The position numbers and the translations under genes were made by a program. A stretch of 64,000 nt of DNA, from NCBI GenBank assembly GCA_902635795.1, contig CACPPH010000001.1, positions 16,244-80,243 of the forward strand. Reading direction: 5' to 3'. The DNA is from an uncultured Pelagibacteraceae bacterium (GTDB lineage: Bacteria > Pseudomonadota > Alphaproteobacteria > Pelagibacterales > Pelagibacteraceae). The notes beneath the pieces are model-generated. The model ran no database searches. It was not told where the DNA came from and saw only the letters and a list, made by a program, of their open reading frames with translations. Below are positions 55,655 through 64,000 of the stretch, in pieces. Each line of letters opens with the position of its first letter. The first letter of the stretch is position 1.

Positions 55655-56869
55655 ATGATTAACCTCTCAATAAATAAAAAAGTAATTATTTTTGGTTTCA
55701 TATTTACATTTTTTTCAAGTTTTGGACAGAGTTTTTTTTTGGGATTGTTTAACGCACCAATAAGAAATGAATTAGGTATTACTCATGGACAATTCGGAAA
55801 TATTTATGCTACTGCAACAATATTTTCTAGTCTTTTACTTATATGGGTCGGAAAGAAAATCGATGAATATCAAATAATCTATTATTCTTTTTTTGTAATT
55901 CTATTATTATTTTTTTCATCTTTATTTTTTTCTTTCATTAATAGTATTATTTTTTTATCAATCGGTATATTTTTAATGAGATTTTCTGGCCAAGGTTTAA
56001 TGAGCCATACATCTACGACTACAATCTCAAGATTTTTTGAAAAGTCTAGGGGTAAAGCTCTAAGTACAATTTGGTTTGGATTATCTTCTGCAGAATTTAT
56101 TTTACCAGTATTAATAACTTATCTATTTGTAATTTATTCTTGGAGATCAGTTTGGCAAGGAATAGCAATTATTATAATTATATTTTTGCCATTTGTTGTT
56201 TTGAATACAATCAAAAAAATCAAATTAGACTCTAGAGAAAAAGATTTAGATCCTAAAAAAAATTTTAAAATTAAAAGCTGGAAAAGAAGAGAGGTAATTA
56301 AAGATTATAGATTTTATATTGTCTCACTTAATATGCTTGCAATGCCTTGGATAGCCACTGGAGTATTTGTATATCAGTCATTTATTTCAGACTCAAAAAT
56401 GTGGAACATTTACACAATACCAAAAGCATTTATGGTTTATTCATTAGCTTCAATTATAACTTTATTCTTCTCGGGTTTTTTAGTCGATAAATTTACGAGT
56501 AGAAAATTAATTCCAATTATGAACATACCTCTATTAATAGCTATGTTTGTACTATTTTATTACAAACATGAAATGTCAGCATTTGTTTTTTTAGGTTTAG
56601 TAGGTATTTCAAATGGATTAGCTAACGTGCTTGGGTCATCCACTTGGGCCGAAATATATGGAGTAAAGTTTATAGGATCTATTAAAGCTTTAACCACAGC
56701 TTTTATGGTTTTTTCAACTGCCTTTGGAACAGCAGTTTTCGGTTTATTGATCGACAATGGCTTTTCAATTGAAAATATTGCTTTTGTATCAGGCATATAC
56801 ATAGTTATTTCGTTATTTCTTTTAATATTAATAAGAAATAAGCTTGAACCTGTTAAGCTTAGAAAATAA
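55655..56869 (+). CDS. MFS transporter
   Basis: FSSFGQSFF, RFSGQG, RGKAL, WAE.YG...IGSI; about 12 TM. Confidence 0.85.
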   Translation: MINLSINKKVIIFGFIFTFFSSFGQSFFLGLFNAPIRNELGITHGQFGNIYATATIFSSLLLIWVGKKIDEYQIIYYSFFVILLLFFSSLFFSFINSIIFLSIGIFLMRFSGQGLMSHTSTTTISRFFEKSRGKALSTIWFGLSSAEFILPVLITYLFVIYSWRSVWQGIAIIIIIFLPFVVLNTIKKIKLDSREKDLDPKKNFKIKSWKRREVIKDYRFYIVSLNMLAMPWIATGVFVYQSFISDSKMWNIYTIPKAFMVYSLASIITLFFSGFLVDKFTSRKLIPIMNIPLLIAMFVLFYYKHEMSAFVFLGLVGISNGLANVLGSSTWAEIYGVKFIGSIKALTTAFMVFSTAFGTAVFGLLIDNGFSIENIAFVSGIYIVISLFLLILIRNKLEPVKLRK

Positions 56870-56907
56870 TTGATTTCTTAAGATTATTTGAATATATACT
56901 CTGCATC

Positions 56908-57405
56908 ATGGCAAGAATTACTGTAGAAGACTGTTTAGAAAAAGTTGATAATCAATATGATTTAGTTTTGTTAGCTAAAGAAAGAACAGTCCAATTAAAT
57001 GCTGGTGCTCCAATGTTAGTTGAAGAAGATAACGACAAACGAACAATTATATCATTAAGAGAAATTGGAGACGGCAAAATAAACGTTAAAGAAGTCGAGG
57101 CTAGTGCCATTAAAAGATTAAGAAAAGAGCCAGACGAGTTAGAGGAACAAGAAGAAATCGAAGAGGAAACTAACGACGATTTCGAAAACTTATATAAAGG
57201 CCAGGTTTCTAAAAGTGGTGTGGCGATATTACCTTCAAAAAGAACAAGAAGAATTCCTGAGGTAAAAAAACCAAGCTTAGCTGACGAAGCCCTTTCAGAA
57301 TTAAAAGCAGAGCAGCCAGAAATAAAAGAAGAAAACTTAGATACAGAAGAAGCTCCTCTTGAATTAAGTGAAGAAGTTCCAGCAGAAGAAAACAAATCAG
57401 AGTAA
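56908..57405 (+). CDS. rpoZ: RNA polymerase omega subunit with acidic C-terminal extension
   Basis: MARITVEDC..KV.N.YDLVLLA..R...L, DK....SLREI. Confidence 0.95.
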   Translation: MARITVEDCLEKVDNQYDLVLLAKERTVQLNAGAPMLVEEDNDKRTIISLREIGDGKINVKEVEASAIKRLRKEPDELEEQEEIEEETNDDFENLYKGQVSKSGVAILPSKRTRRIPEVKKPSLADEALSELKAEQPEIKEENLDTEEAPLELSEEVPAEENKSE

Positions 57406-57408
57406 ATT

Positions 57409-58392
57409 ATGAAAAAAACTGTTTCAGTTGCACCTATGATGGATTGCACTGATAAGCACGAAATTTATTTTCTTAGTCTTATTAGTAAAAATATACATTT
57501 CTACACTGAGATGATTGTTGCTAATGCAATCGTTAGAGGAGACAGATCAAAACTCCTTTCTTTTAAAAGGATAAATAATCCAGTAACGCTTCAAGTTGGT
57601 GGATCGAAACCATATGAATTAGCCGAAGCATGTAAGATTTCAGAAGATTATGGTTATAAAGAAATAAATTTAAACTTAGGCTGTCCAAGTAAAAAAGTAC
57701 AAAAAAATAAATTTGGTGCATGTCTAATGCAAGAACCAGATCTTGTAGCTAAATGTATTGAGGCAATGACTAAAGCAACTAAATTACCTATTACAATAAA
57801 AACTAGAATTGGTTACAACGATGTTGAAAATTTTGAGTTTTTAAAATCTTTCATTCAAACAACTAAAGATGCTGGTTCAAAAAAATTCATTATTCATGCA
57901 AGAAAAGCTTTACTCAAAAAACTTACTCCAAAAGAAAATTTAAATATTCCACCTTTGAAATATGATTTTGTTTATAAGTTAAAAGATCATTTTAAAAAGG
58001 ATGAAATAATAATAAATGGAGGAGTAAAAACAACAGATGAAATTAAAAATCATTTATTAAAAGTAGATGGTGTGATGATCGGCAGAGCTATTTATCACTC
58101 ACCTTATTTTTTAGCAGATATTGAAAGAGAAATTTTTAAAAATGATAATGTACCAACAAGAACAGAGGTAATGGAAAATCTTATTCCTTATATTCAAGAG
58201 CAAACTTCAAAAGGTGTACAATTAAATCATATAATGAGACATACGGTAGGATTGTTTCATGGACAAAATGGTTCAAAAACTTGGAAGCAATACTTATCTA
58301 AAAATATGTGTGTAAGAGACGCGGATTTACAAAAAGTAAATCATATTATGGATCAAGTTAGAAAAACTAATCCTGTTTCTTTAGAGAGATAG
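57409..58392 (+). CDS. dusA: tRNA-dihydrouridine synthase DusA
   Basis: SVAPMMD.TD, QVGGS, NLNLGCPS, HARKA, EN..IPPL.Y, GVMIGR. Confidence 0.93.
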   Translation: MKKTVSVAPMMDCTDKHEIYFLSLISKNIHFYTEMIVANAIVRGDRSKLLSFKRINNPVTLQVGGSKPYELAEACKISEDYGYKEINLNLGCPSKKVQKNKFGACLMQEPDLVAKCIEAMTKATKLPITIKTRIGYNDVENFEFLKSFIQTTKDAGSKKFIIHARKALLKKLTPKENLNIPPLKYDFVYKLKDHFKKDEIIINGGVKTTDEIKNHLLKVDGVMIGRAIYHSPYFLADIEREIFKNDNVPTRTEVMENLIPYIQEQTSKGVQLNHIMRHTVGLFHGQNGSKTWKQYLSKNMCVRDADLQKVNHIMDQVRKTNPVSLER

Positions 58393-58394
58393 TT

Positions 58395-59225
58395 TTGGAC
58401 ATCCTTTCTCAATCAGAAATAATTTATTTAGTTTTAATAATGGTTGCTACAGCAATACCAGCAGGTTTTGCTGCTGGATTGTTTGGTATTGGGGGAGGGT
58501 TAGTTACAGTCCCTATTTTATTTTATATATTTAGCTTTTCTGGGATAGAAACAGCTTACGTTATGCACTTAGCAGTAGGAACTTCTTTTGGAATTATCAT
58601 ACCCACTTCAACTGTTTCTGTATTAACTCACCATCAGCATAAAGCTGTAGATTTTAATATTGTAAAAGGTTTTGGTTTTTTTGTTGCTACCGGAGTGATA
58701 TTGGGAACAATTTTCGCTGCAAGCTTAGAAACAAAACCTTTGATACTTTTTTTTACAATTATTGTATATATTCTTGCGTTTTACTTACTGTTTTTAAAAG
58801 AAAAAGAAACAAATATAGAAATCAAAATAGGATTATTTTCGAAAGCAATTTCAGGAATAGTTAGTGGCTTTATTTCTGCACCAATGGGTATTGGTGGAGC
58901 CGTGATGAACGTTCCAATTTTAAAATTTTTTGGTTATCCAATAAATAAAGCCATTGGTAGCGCTGCTGCAATTGGGTTTATTATTGCTTTATTTGGTGCA
59001 GGAGGTTTTTTAATTTCTGGCTCATATCTAGAAGCTGATTTACCTTTGAGCATTGGGTTTTTGAATATTCCAGCCTTTTTAGTTTTTTTTCCTATCACTG
59101 CATTCATGGCAAGACTAGGAGCAAAAGCCAGTCATAGAGTTAACAAAATGAGAATGACTAAATATTTTGGATTATTTTTAGTGGTTATTGGAACAAGATT
59201 TTTATATGAGTATTTTAAAATTTAA
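58395..59225 (+). CDS. TauE/SafE (TSUP) family exporter
   Basis: AGLFGIGGG...VP, AVGTS, MGIGG....VP. TTG start. Confidence 0.88.
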   Translation: MDILSQSEIIYLVLIMVATAIPAGFAAGLFGIGGGLVTVPILFYIFSFSGIETAYVMHLAVGTSFGIIIPTSTVSVLTHHQHKAVDFNIVKGFGFFVATGVILGTIFAASLETKPLILFFTIIVYILAFYLLFLKEKETNIEIKIGLFSKAISGIVSGFISAPMGIGGAVMNVPILKFFGYPINKAIGSAAAIGFIIALFGAGGFLISGSYLEADLPLSIGFLNIPAFLVFFPITAFMARLGAKASHRVNKMRMTKYFGLFLVVIGTRFLYEYFKI

Positions 59226-59233
59226 TTATAAAG

Positions 59234-60160
59234 ATGAAAATTGTAACACTTATACCTAGCGCTACAGAAATTGTAGCTTTTTTTGGAAAAAAAAAAGAAA
59301 TTATTGGAAAATCTCATGAATGTGATTACCCTAAAGATTTATCTAATATTGTAAAACTCACTGAGCCTAAGATAAGGGTTGATGGTACAAGTAAAGAAAT
59401 TCATCAACAGATTGAGGCTATTTTAGAAAAGTCCCTTTCAGTTTATAAAGTAAATGTAGAAAAACTAAAAAATCTTGACCCAGATTTTATAGTTACCCAA
59501 GCTCATTGTGAAGTATGTGCAGTCAGTTTTTCGCATGTAGAAAATATCACTAAGAAACACTTAGGGCTAAAAACAAAAATTATCTCTTTACAACCTAATA
59601 CCCTTAAAGAAGTTTTTGATGATTTGGAAAGAGTTGCAAAAAATTTAAAAATTGAGTCTTCCAAATCAAATGAGCTTATAAATGGATTAAAAAAAAGAAT
59701 ACATAACGTTAAGATCAAATCATCAAAATTAAACAAACCTAAAATTCTCTGTATAGAGTGGTCTGAACCTTTGATGGCTGCGGGTAATTGGATACCTGAA
59801 ATGATAGAAATTGCTGGCGGTAAAGATATTTTAGGAAAAAAGGGATCAGATTCTCATTGGATAAAATTTGAAAATATTATTGAAAGCGATCCTGATTTCA
59901 TTATTTTTATTCCTTGTGGTTTTAATTTAAAACAAACAAAAAACGACGTCGATACGTTAGTTAAATGCAATAATAAATGGAAAAATCTTAGAGCTTTCAA
60001 GAATAAAAATTTTTATATTGCTGATGGAAATCAATATTTTAATAGACCTGGACCACGTTTAGTAGAGTCCATCGAAATTTTATGTGAAATTATTCATCCA
60101 AATAATTTTGATTTTGGACATAAAAATCTATCGTGGACTAATTTTTTTGATACTAACTAA
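59234..60160 (+). CDS. BtuF-like (TroA helical backbone) binding protein without signal peptide
   Basis: KIVTLIPSATEIV, SHECDYP, TQ..C.VCAV, EW..P...G.W.PE, NRPGPRL. Confidence 0.8.
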   Translation: MKIVTLIPSATEIVAFFGKKKEIIGKSHECDYPKDLSNIVKLTEPKIRVDGTSKEIHQQIEAILEKSLSVYKVNVEKLKNLDPDFIVTQAHCEVCAVSFSHVENITKKHLGLKTKIISLQPNTLKEVFDDLERVAKNLKIESSKSNELINGLKKRIHNVKIKSSKLNKPKILCIEWSEPLMAAGNWIPEMIEIAGGKDILGKKGSDSHWIKFENIIESDPDFIIFIPCGFNLKQTKNDVDTLVKCNNKWKNLRAFKNKNFYIADGNQYFNRPGPRLVESIEILCEIIHPNNFDFGHKNLSWTNFFDTN

Positions 60161-60174
60161 TCTTTATTTTTTTT

Positions 60175-61617
60175 TTAAATTTTTTGGTCGTATTCTCCAA
60201 TTTTACCAGTTTTTTGAAGTAGATTATCTATAAAATAAAAAATCTTTTCCTTTCTTTTTTCAGAAGTTGTGCTTTCTGTAACAACTACTAAGGATGGTTT
60301 ATTCGAAGAAGCTCTTATTAAACCCCAGGACCCATCTTCTAGAGAAAATCTAACACCATTAACCGTCAATACTTCAACAATATTTTGATTATCAATTTTT
60401 AAGCCTTCATCTTTTAATGTCTTTATCTCATTTACCATTTGTTCAACTACCTTATATTTTTCCTCATCTTTACAATAAGGAGCCATCGTTGGGGTTTGAT
60501 AAGTTACGGGCAATGATTTAATAATTTCACTCATTTTTCTGTTTTGGTCCCTGATAAGGTGGCAAACTTGTATTGCTGAATTAATACCATCATCATATCC
60601 ATAGCCCAAAGGTTGATTAAAGAAAAAATGACCGCTCTTTTCAAAACCTGCTAATGCTTTTTCCTTATTAACTTTCCTTTTAATGTGTGAATGTCCAGTT
60701 TTCCAATATATGGTTTCACATCCATTTTCTTTTAAGATTTTATCATTTTTAAACAGCCCAGTTGATTTAACGTCAACGATAAATTTTGAATTTTTATGTT
60801 TACTTGAAAGATTTCTTGCAATTAATAACCCGATTTTATCCGAGAATATTTCATTTCCTTGTTCATCTATTACTCCACACCGATCTCCGTCTCCATCAAA
60901 ACCAAATCCAATATCAGCTTTATTATCTTTTACAGCTTTAGCTATAGCATGGAGCATTTCAAGATCTTCAGGATTTGGGTTATATTTAGGAAAGGACCAA
61001 TCTAAATTACAATCTAACTCTATAACTTCGCATCCAATACCTTTTAAAATTTCTGGTGCAAATATTCCTGCCGTCCCGTTTCCACAAGCAACAACGGCTT
61101 TTATTTTTTTATTTATCTTATTTTTTGTAATCAAATCTTGAATATATACATTTTTAAAATCATCAATTTTTTTTAATGACCCATCTCCATTTAAAAATTT
61201 TTTATTTAAAGTAATATCTTTTAAGTTTGCCATTTCTTCAGGCGCATGTGTTAAACCTTTTTGAATACCCATTTTCACACCTGTCCAACCGTTTTCATTA
61301 TGACTGGCAGTTACCATAGCTATTGCGTCTGAGTTTAAATTAAACTGAGCAAAATAAACCATTGGTGAAAGAGACAAACCTACATCTTCAACATTACATC
61401 CAGTTGAAATCAAACCTTCAGTTAAAGCTTTTTTAATTTTCTCGCTGTAAGATCTATAATCATGACCAACTGTCACTCTAGGATTGTTTATTTTAGTGTT
61501 TTGAATGATTTGAGTTCCGAGGCCTTTGCCTAGATTAGTGATTCCCTCAATATCGATCTCTTTTTCAAAGATCCACCTTGCGTCGTACTCTCTAAAACCA
61601 TTCGGGTTGATTTTCAT
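60175..61617 (-). CDS. Phosphomannomutase/phosphoglucomutase
   Basis: FREYD.R, TASHN, FDGDGDR, E.SGH, RASSN.P. Confidence 0.93.
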   Translation of the reverse strand: MKINPNGFREYDARWIFEKEIDIEGITNLGKGLGTQIIQNTKINNPRVTVGHDYRSYSEKIKKALTEGLISTGCNVEDVGLSLSPMVYFAQFNLNSDAIAMVTASHNENGWTGVKMGIQKGLTHAPEEMANLKDITLNKKFLNGDGSLKKIDDFKNVYIQDLITKNKINKKIKAVVACGNGTAGIFAPEILKGIGCEVIELDCNLDWSFPKYNPNPEDLEMLHAIAKAVKDNKADIGFGFDGDGDRCGVIDEQGNEIFSDKIGLLIARNLSSKHKNSKFIVDVKSTGLFKNDKILKENGCETIYWKTGHSHIKRKVNKEKALAGFEKSGHFFFNQPLGYGYDDGINSAIQVCHLIRDQNRKMSEIIKSLPVTYQTPTMAPYCKDEEKYKVVEQMVNEIKTLKDEGLKIDNQNIVEVLTVNGVRFSLEDGSWGLIRASSNKPSLVVVTESTTSEKRKEKIFYFIDNLLQKTGKIGEYDQKI

Positions 61618-61722
61618 TAGTAATAAATACTAGAGAATATAGGCATTTGTTATTAAATGTTTATTAACAAAACTTTCCACTTGCAAAATTAATCAAATGT
61701 TCTTATAATGTTCTATTGATTT

Positions 61723-61769
61723 CGATGTTATATAGTATATTAACATATCTGTAACACAACATATAGTTG
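61723..61769. promoter_or_regulatory. NrdR box(es) upstream of nrdA
   Basis: ACACAACATATAGTTG (61754-69), plus a weaker half-match sharing ATATAGT 31 bp upstream. Confidence 0.7.
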
Positions 61770-61803
61770 TTTTGTTAACAAATCGAGTAAAAACAAGGAA
61801 ATT

Positions 61804-63753
61804 ATGAATAAAAGTGTGTCATTGGCAATAGAGAAAGCTGTCGGCTCAATAAGCCAAAAAAACCAAAACGAACTAAAGAATAACGGACCTAAAAAACCTG
61901 ATCTTTTTTCTTTATCTGGAGAGACTGAATTATTTCAAAACGAGAAGGGTATCACTATCAAGATTGATAGGTCGAGAGATGAAAATTTAACTGATTTTGG
62001 AAAAGCCACATTAACAGATAGGTATTTAGGTCAGAGCGAAAGTTTTCAAGATTTATTTGCTAGAGTTGCAAGTGTTTACGCTGACGATAATTTACATGCA
62101 CAAAGAATTTATAATTACATAAGCAATTTATGGTTTATGCCTGCTACACCTGTTTTGTCTAATGGCGGTACAGAAAGAGGACTGCCAATTTCATGTTTCT
62201 TAAACGAAGCTAGCGATAGCTTAGAAGGTATTACAAATCTTTGGGAAGAAAATGTTTGGCTTGCAGCCAGAGGTGGCGGTATCGGAAGTTATTGGGGAAA
62301 TTTAAGGTCTATTGGAGAAAAGATTGGAAAAGTTGGAAAAACTTCTGGAATAATTCCTTTCATTAAAGTGATGGACTCTTTAACTTTAGCAATCAGCCAA
62401 GGTTCCTTAAGAAGAGGTTCGGCTGCTTGTTATTTACAAATTGATCATCCTGAAATTGAGGAGTTTATTGAAATGAGAAGACCAACTGGCGGAGATGTTA
62501 ATAGAAGATCATTAAATTTACATCATGGAGTTTTAGTAACTGATGAATTTATGAGAGCAGTAGAAACAGGCGGTCAATGGGCATTGAGAAGTCCTTATGA
62601 TGGATCTGTTCAACAGACTATACCAGCAAGAAATTTATGGATAAGATTATTGACTGCAAGAATTGAAACAGGTGAGCCTTACATTGTTTATATTGATACA
62701 GTCAATAGACAAATTCCACAACATCACAAACTTGCTGGGTTAAAAGTTAAAACATCTAATCTTTGCAGTGAAATTACATTACCAACTGGAGTTGACAATG
62801 AAGGAAATCAAAGAACAGCTGTTTGTTGTTTATCGTCATTAAACCTAGACACCTACGATCAATGGAAAGATGATCCTCAATTTGTAGAAGACGTAATGAG
62901 ATTTTTAGATAACGTTATGACTGATTTTATTAATAGAGCCCCTGATGAATTTGCTCACGCAAAATATTCGGCAATGCGAGAGAGAAGTGTTGGTCTTGGA
63001 GTTATGGGATTACATTCATACTTCCAACAAAAAAATATTCCTTTTGGATCAGTAATGAGTAAAGTTTGGAATAAAAAAATATTCCAAAACATTCAAGAAA
63101 AAGTTGATGAAGCTTCAAAGACCTTAGCTGACGAAAGAGGATCATGTCCTGACGCAGCAGAGTACGGAATGAAGGAGAGATTTTCAAATAAAACCGCAAT
63201 AGCCCCAACAGCCTCTATATCGATCATTTGTGGCGGTTCTTCACCAGGAATAGAACCTATTGCTGCAAATAGTTATACTCATAAAACGCTTTCAGGATCT
63301 TTTAATGTAAGAAATAAATACTTAAAAAAGATACTTCAAAAATACAAAAAGGATACAGATGAAGTTTGGTCAAGCATTACTACAAACCAAGGATCTGTAT
63401 CTCATTTAAATTTTTTAACTGCAAATGAAAAAGATACTTTTAAAACTGCTTTTGAAATCGATCAAAGATGGATCGTTGAGTTAGGCGCAGATAGAACGCC
63501 TCACATATCACAAGCACAATCAGTAAATATTTTCGTGCCAGCAGATATACATAAAAAAGAACTTCACGATATTCATTTTCAAGCGTGGAAAAAAGGTTTG
63601 AAGAGCCTTTATTACTGTAGATCCAAATCAATCCAGAGAGCTGAAAATGTAAACAATGGATCTTCAACAGATGTGACAAAAAATGTTTACTCTGGAAAAC
63701 AAGAATCAAATAATGAAAGCAATAACTATGAGGAGTGTTTATCATGTCAGTAG
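61804..63753 (+). CDS. nrdA: Class I ribonucleotide reductase alpha subunit
   Basis: PATPVLSN, PISCF, SQG..RRG, TSNLCSEI, AIAPTAS, KSLYY, C-terminal CLSC. Confidence 0.96.
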   Translation: MNKSVSLAIEKAVGSISQKNQNELKNNGPKKPDLFSLSGETELFQNEKGITIKIDRSRDENLTDFGKATLTDRYLGQSESFQDLFARVASVYADDNLHAQRIYNYISNLWFMPATPVLSNGGTERGLPISCFLNEASDSLEGITNLWEENVWLAARGGGIGSYWGNLRSIGEKIGKVGKTSGIIPFIKVMDSLTLAISQGSLRRGSAACYLQIDHPEIEEFIEMRRPTGGDVNRRSLNLHHGVLVTDEFMRAVETGGQWALRSPYDGSVQQTIPARNLWIRLLTARIETGEPYIVYIDTVNRQIPQHHKLAGLKVKTSNLCSEITLPTGVDNEGNQRTAVCCLSSLNLDTYDQWKDDPQFVEDVMRFLDNVMTDFINRAPDEFAHAKYSAMRERSVGLGVMGLHSYFQQKNIPFGSVMSKVWNKKIFQNIQEKVDEASKTLADERGSCPDAAEYGMKERFSNKTAIAPTASISIICGGSSPGIEPIAANSYTHKTLSGSFNVRNKYLKKILQKYKKDTDEVWSSITTNQGSVSHLNFLTANEKDTFKTAFEIDQRWIVELGADRTPHISQAQSVNIFVPADIHKKELHDIHFQAWKKGLKSLYYCRSKSIQRAENVNNGSSTDVTKNVYSGKQESNNESNNYEECLSCQ

Positions 63754-64000
63754 CAGAAAAAACTAAACCAACAATTATTCAGCCTAATAAAATGGGTTTA
63801 TTAGTAGAAAACCCAGTTTACAAACCCTTTAGATATCCATGGTGTTATGATGCCTGGTTAACTCAACAACGAATTCATTGGTTACCAGAAGAAGTGCCAT
63901 TAGGAGACGACGTAAGAGATTGGCAAAAAAATCTTTCAGTAGAAGAAAAAAATCTTTTAACTCACATATTTAGGTTTTTTACCCAAGCAGATGTTGAAGT
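63744..64000 (+). CDS. nrdB: Ribonucleotide reductase beta subunit, 3'-partial
   Basis: MSVAEK...YKPFRYPWCYDAW..QQRIHWLPEEVPL..DV.DW...IFRFFTQAD; GAGGAG RBS inside the end of nrdA. Confidence 0.93.
   Translation, partial: MSVAEKTKPTIIQPNKMGLLVENPVYKPFRYPWCYDAWLTQQRIHWLPEEVPLGDDVRDWQKNLSVEEKNLLTHIFRFFTQADVE

Noticed and set aside
23411-59225. Three TauE-family genes plus cysQ, rhodanese and metC as one sulfur system
   Set aside because: Dispersed, mutually divergent and in different operons; no shared motif found.
61653-61668. CtrA-like TTAA-N7-TTAAC site
   Set aside because: Expected often by chance in such AT-rich DNA; no supporting evidence.
1-64000. CRISPR array, IS elements, rRNA, known defence systems
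   Set aside because: No regularly spaced repeats, transposase or nuclease genes, or rRNA-like sequence detected by eye.

Overview
AT-rich, gene-dense alphaproteobacterial chromosome segment with tiny or overlapping intergenic spacers. Gene content and style point to SAR11 / Candidatus Pelagibacter (inference from composition and gene repertoire). No transposase, integrase, prophage, rRNA or CRISPR array was seen. In order, it carries: a photolyase cluster (two different photolyase-family genes, DUF2256, DCC-type oxidoreductase); hisI/folE/acuI/LysR/rseP/HU; two tandem amt genes without glnK; cysQ and mnmA; an IMES-2-like structured RNA; metC and an MFS transporter; a CADD-type pABA synthase; TauE-family exporters; an sxtJ/sxtK/sxtI-like carbamoyltransferase plus SGNH module; an operon of seven small proteins, five of them probable dimeric alpha+beta barrels; surface-polysaccharide genes (rml, a ColD-like enzyme, glycosyltransferases) around tRNA-Met; an apt / mtnP-tautomerase-mtnA-hydrolase-aldolase-speD/speE-nitrilase locus; then rpoZ, dusA, a phosphohexomutase and nrdA plus partial nrdB. 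Best candidates for undescribed biology: (1) the small-barrel-protein operon at 30976-33316; (2) a cis-CaaD/Cg10062-type tautomerase with all six catalytic residues inside an MTA/5'-deoxyadenosine DHAP-shunt operon; (3) an RNA element between the amt genes whose C-rich segments are complementary to both amt Shine-Dalgarno regions; (4) an unannotated 27-aa, very basic peptide with a strong RBS; (5) a perfect NrdR-box palindrome in front of the HU gene. All family assignments are from motif recognition by eye; no database searches were run.
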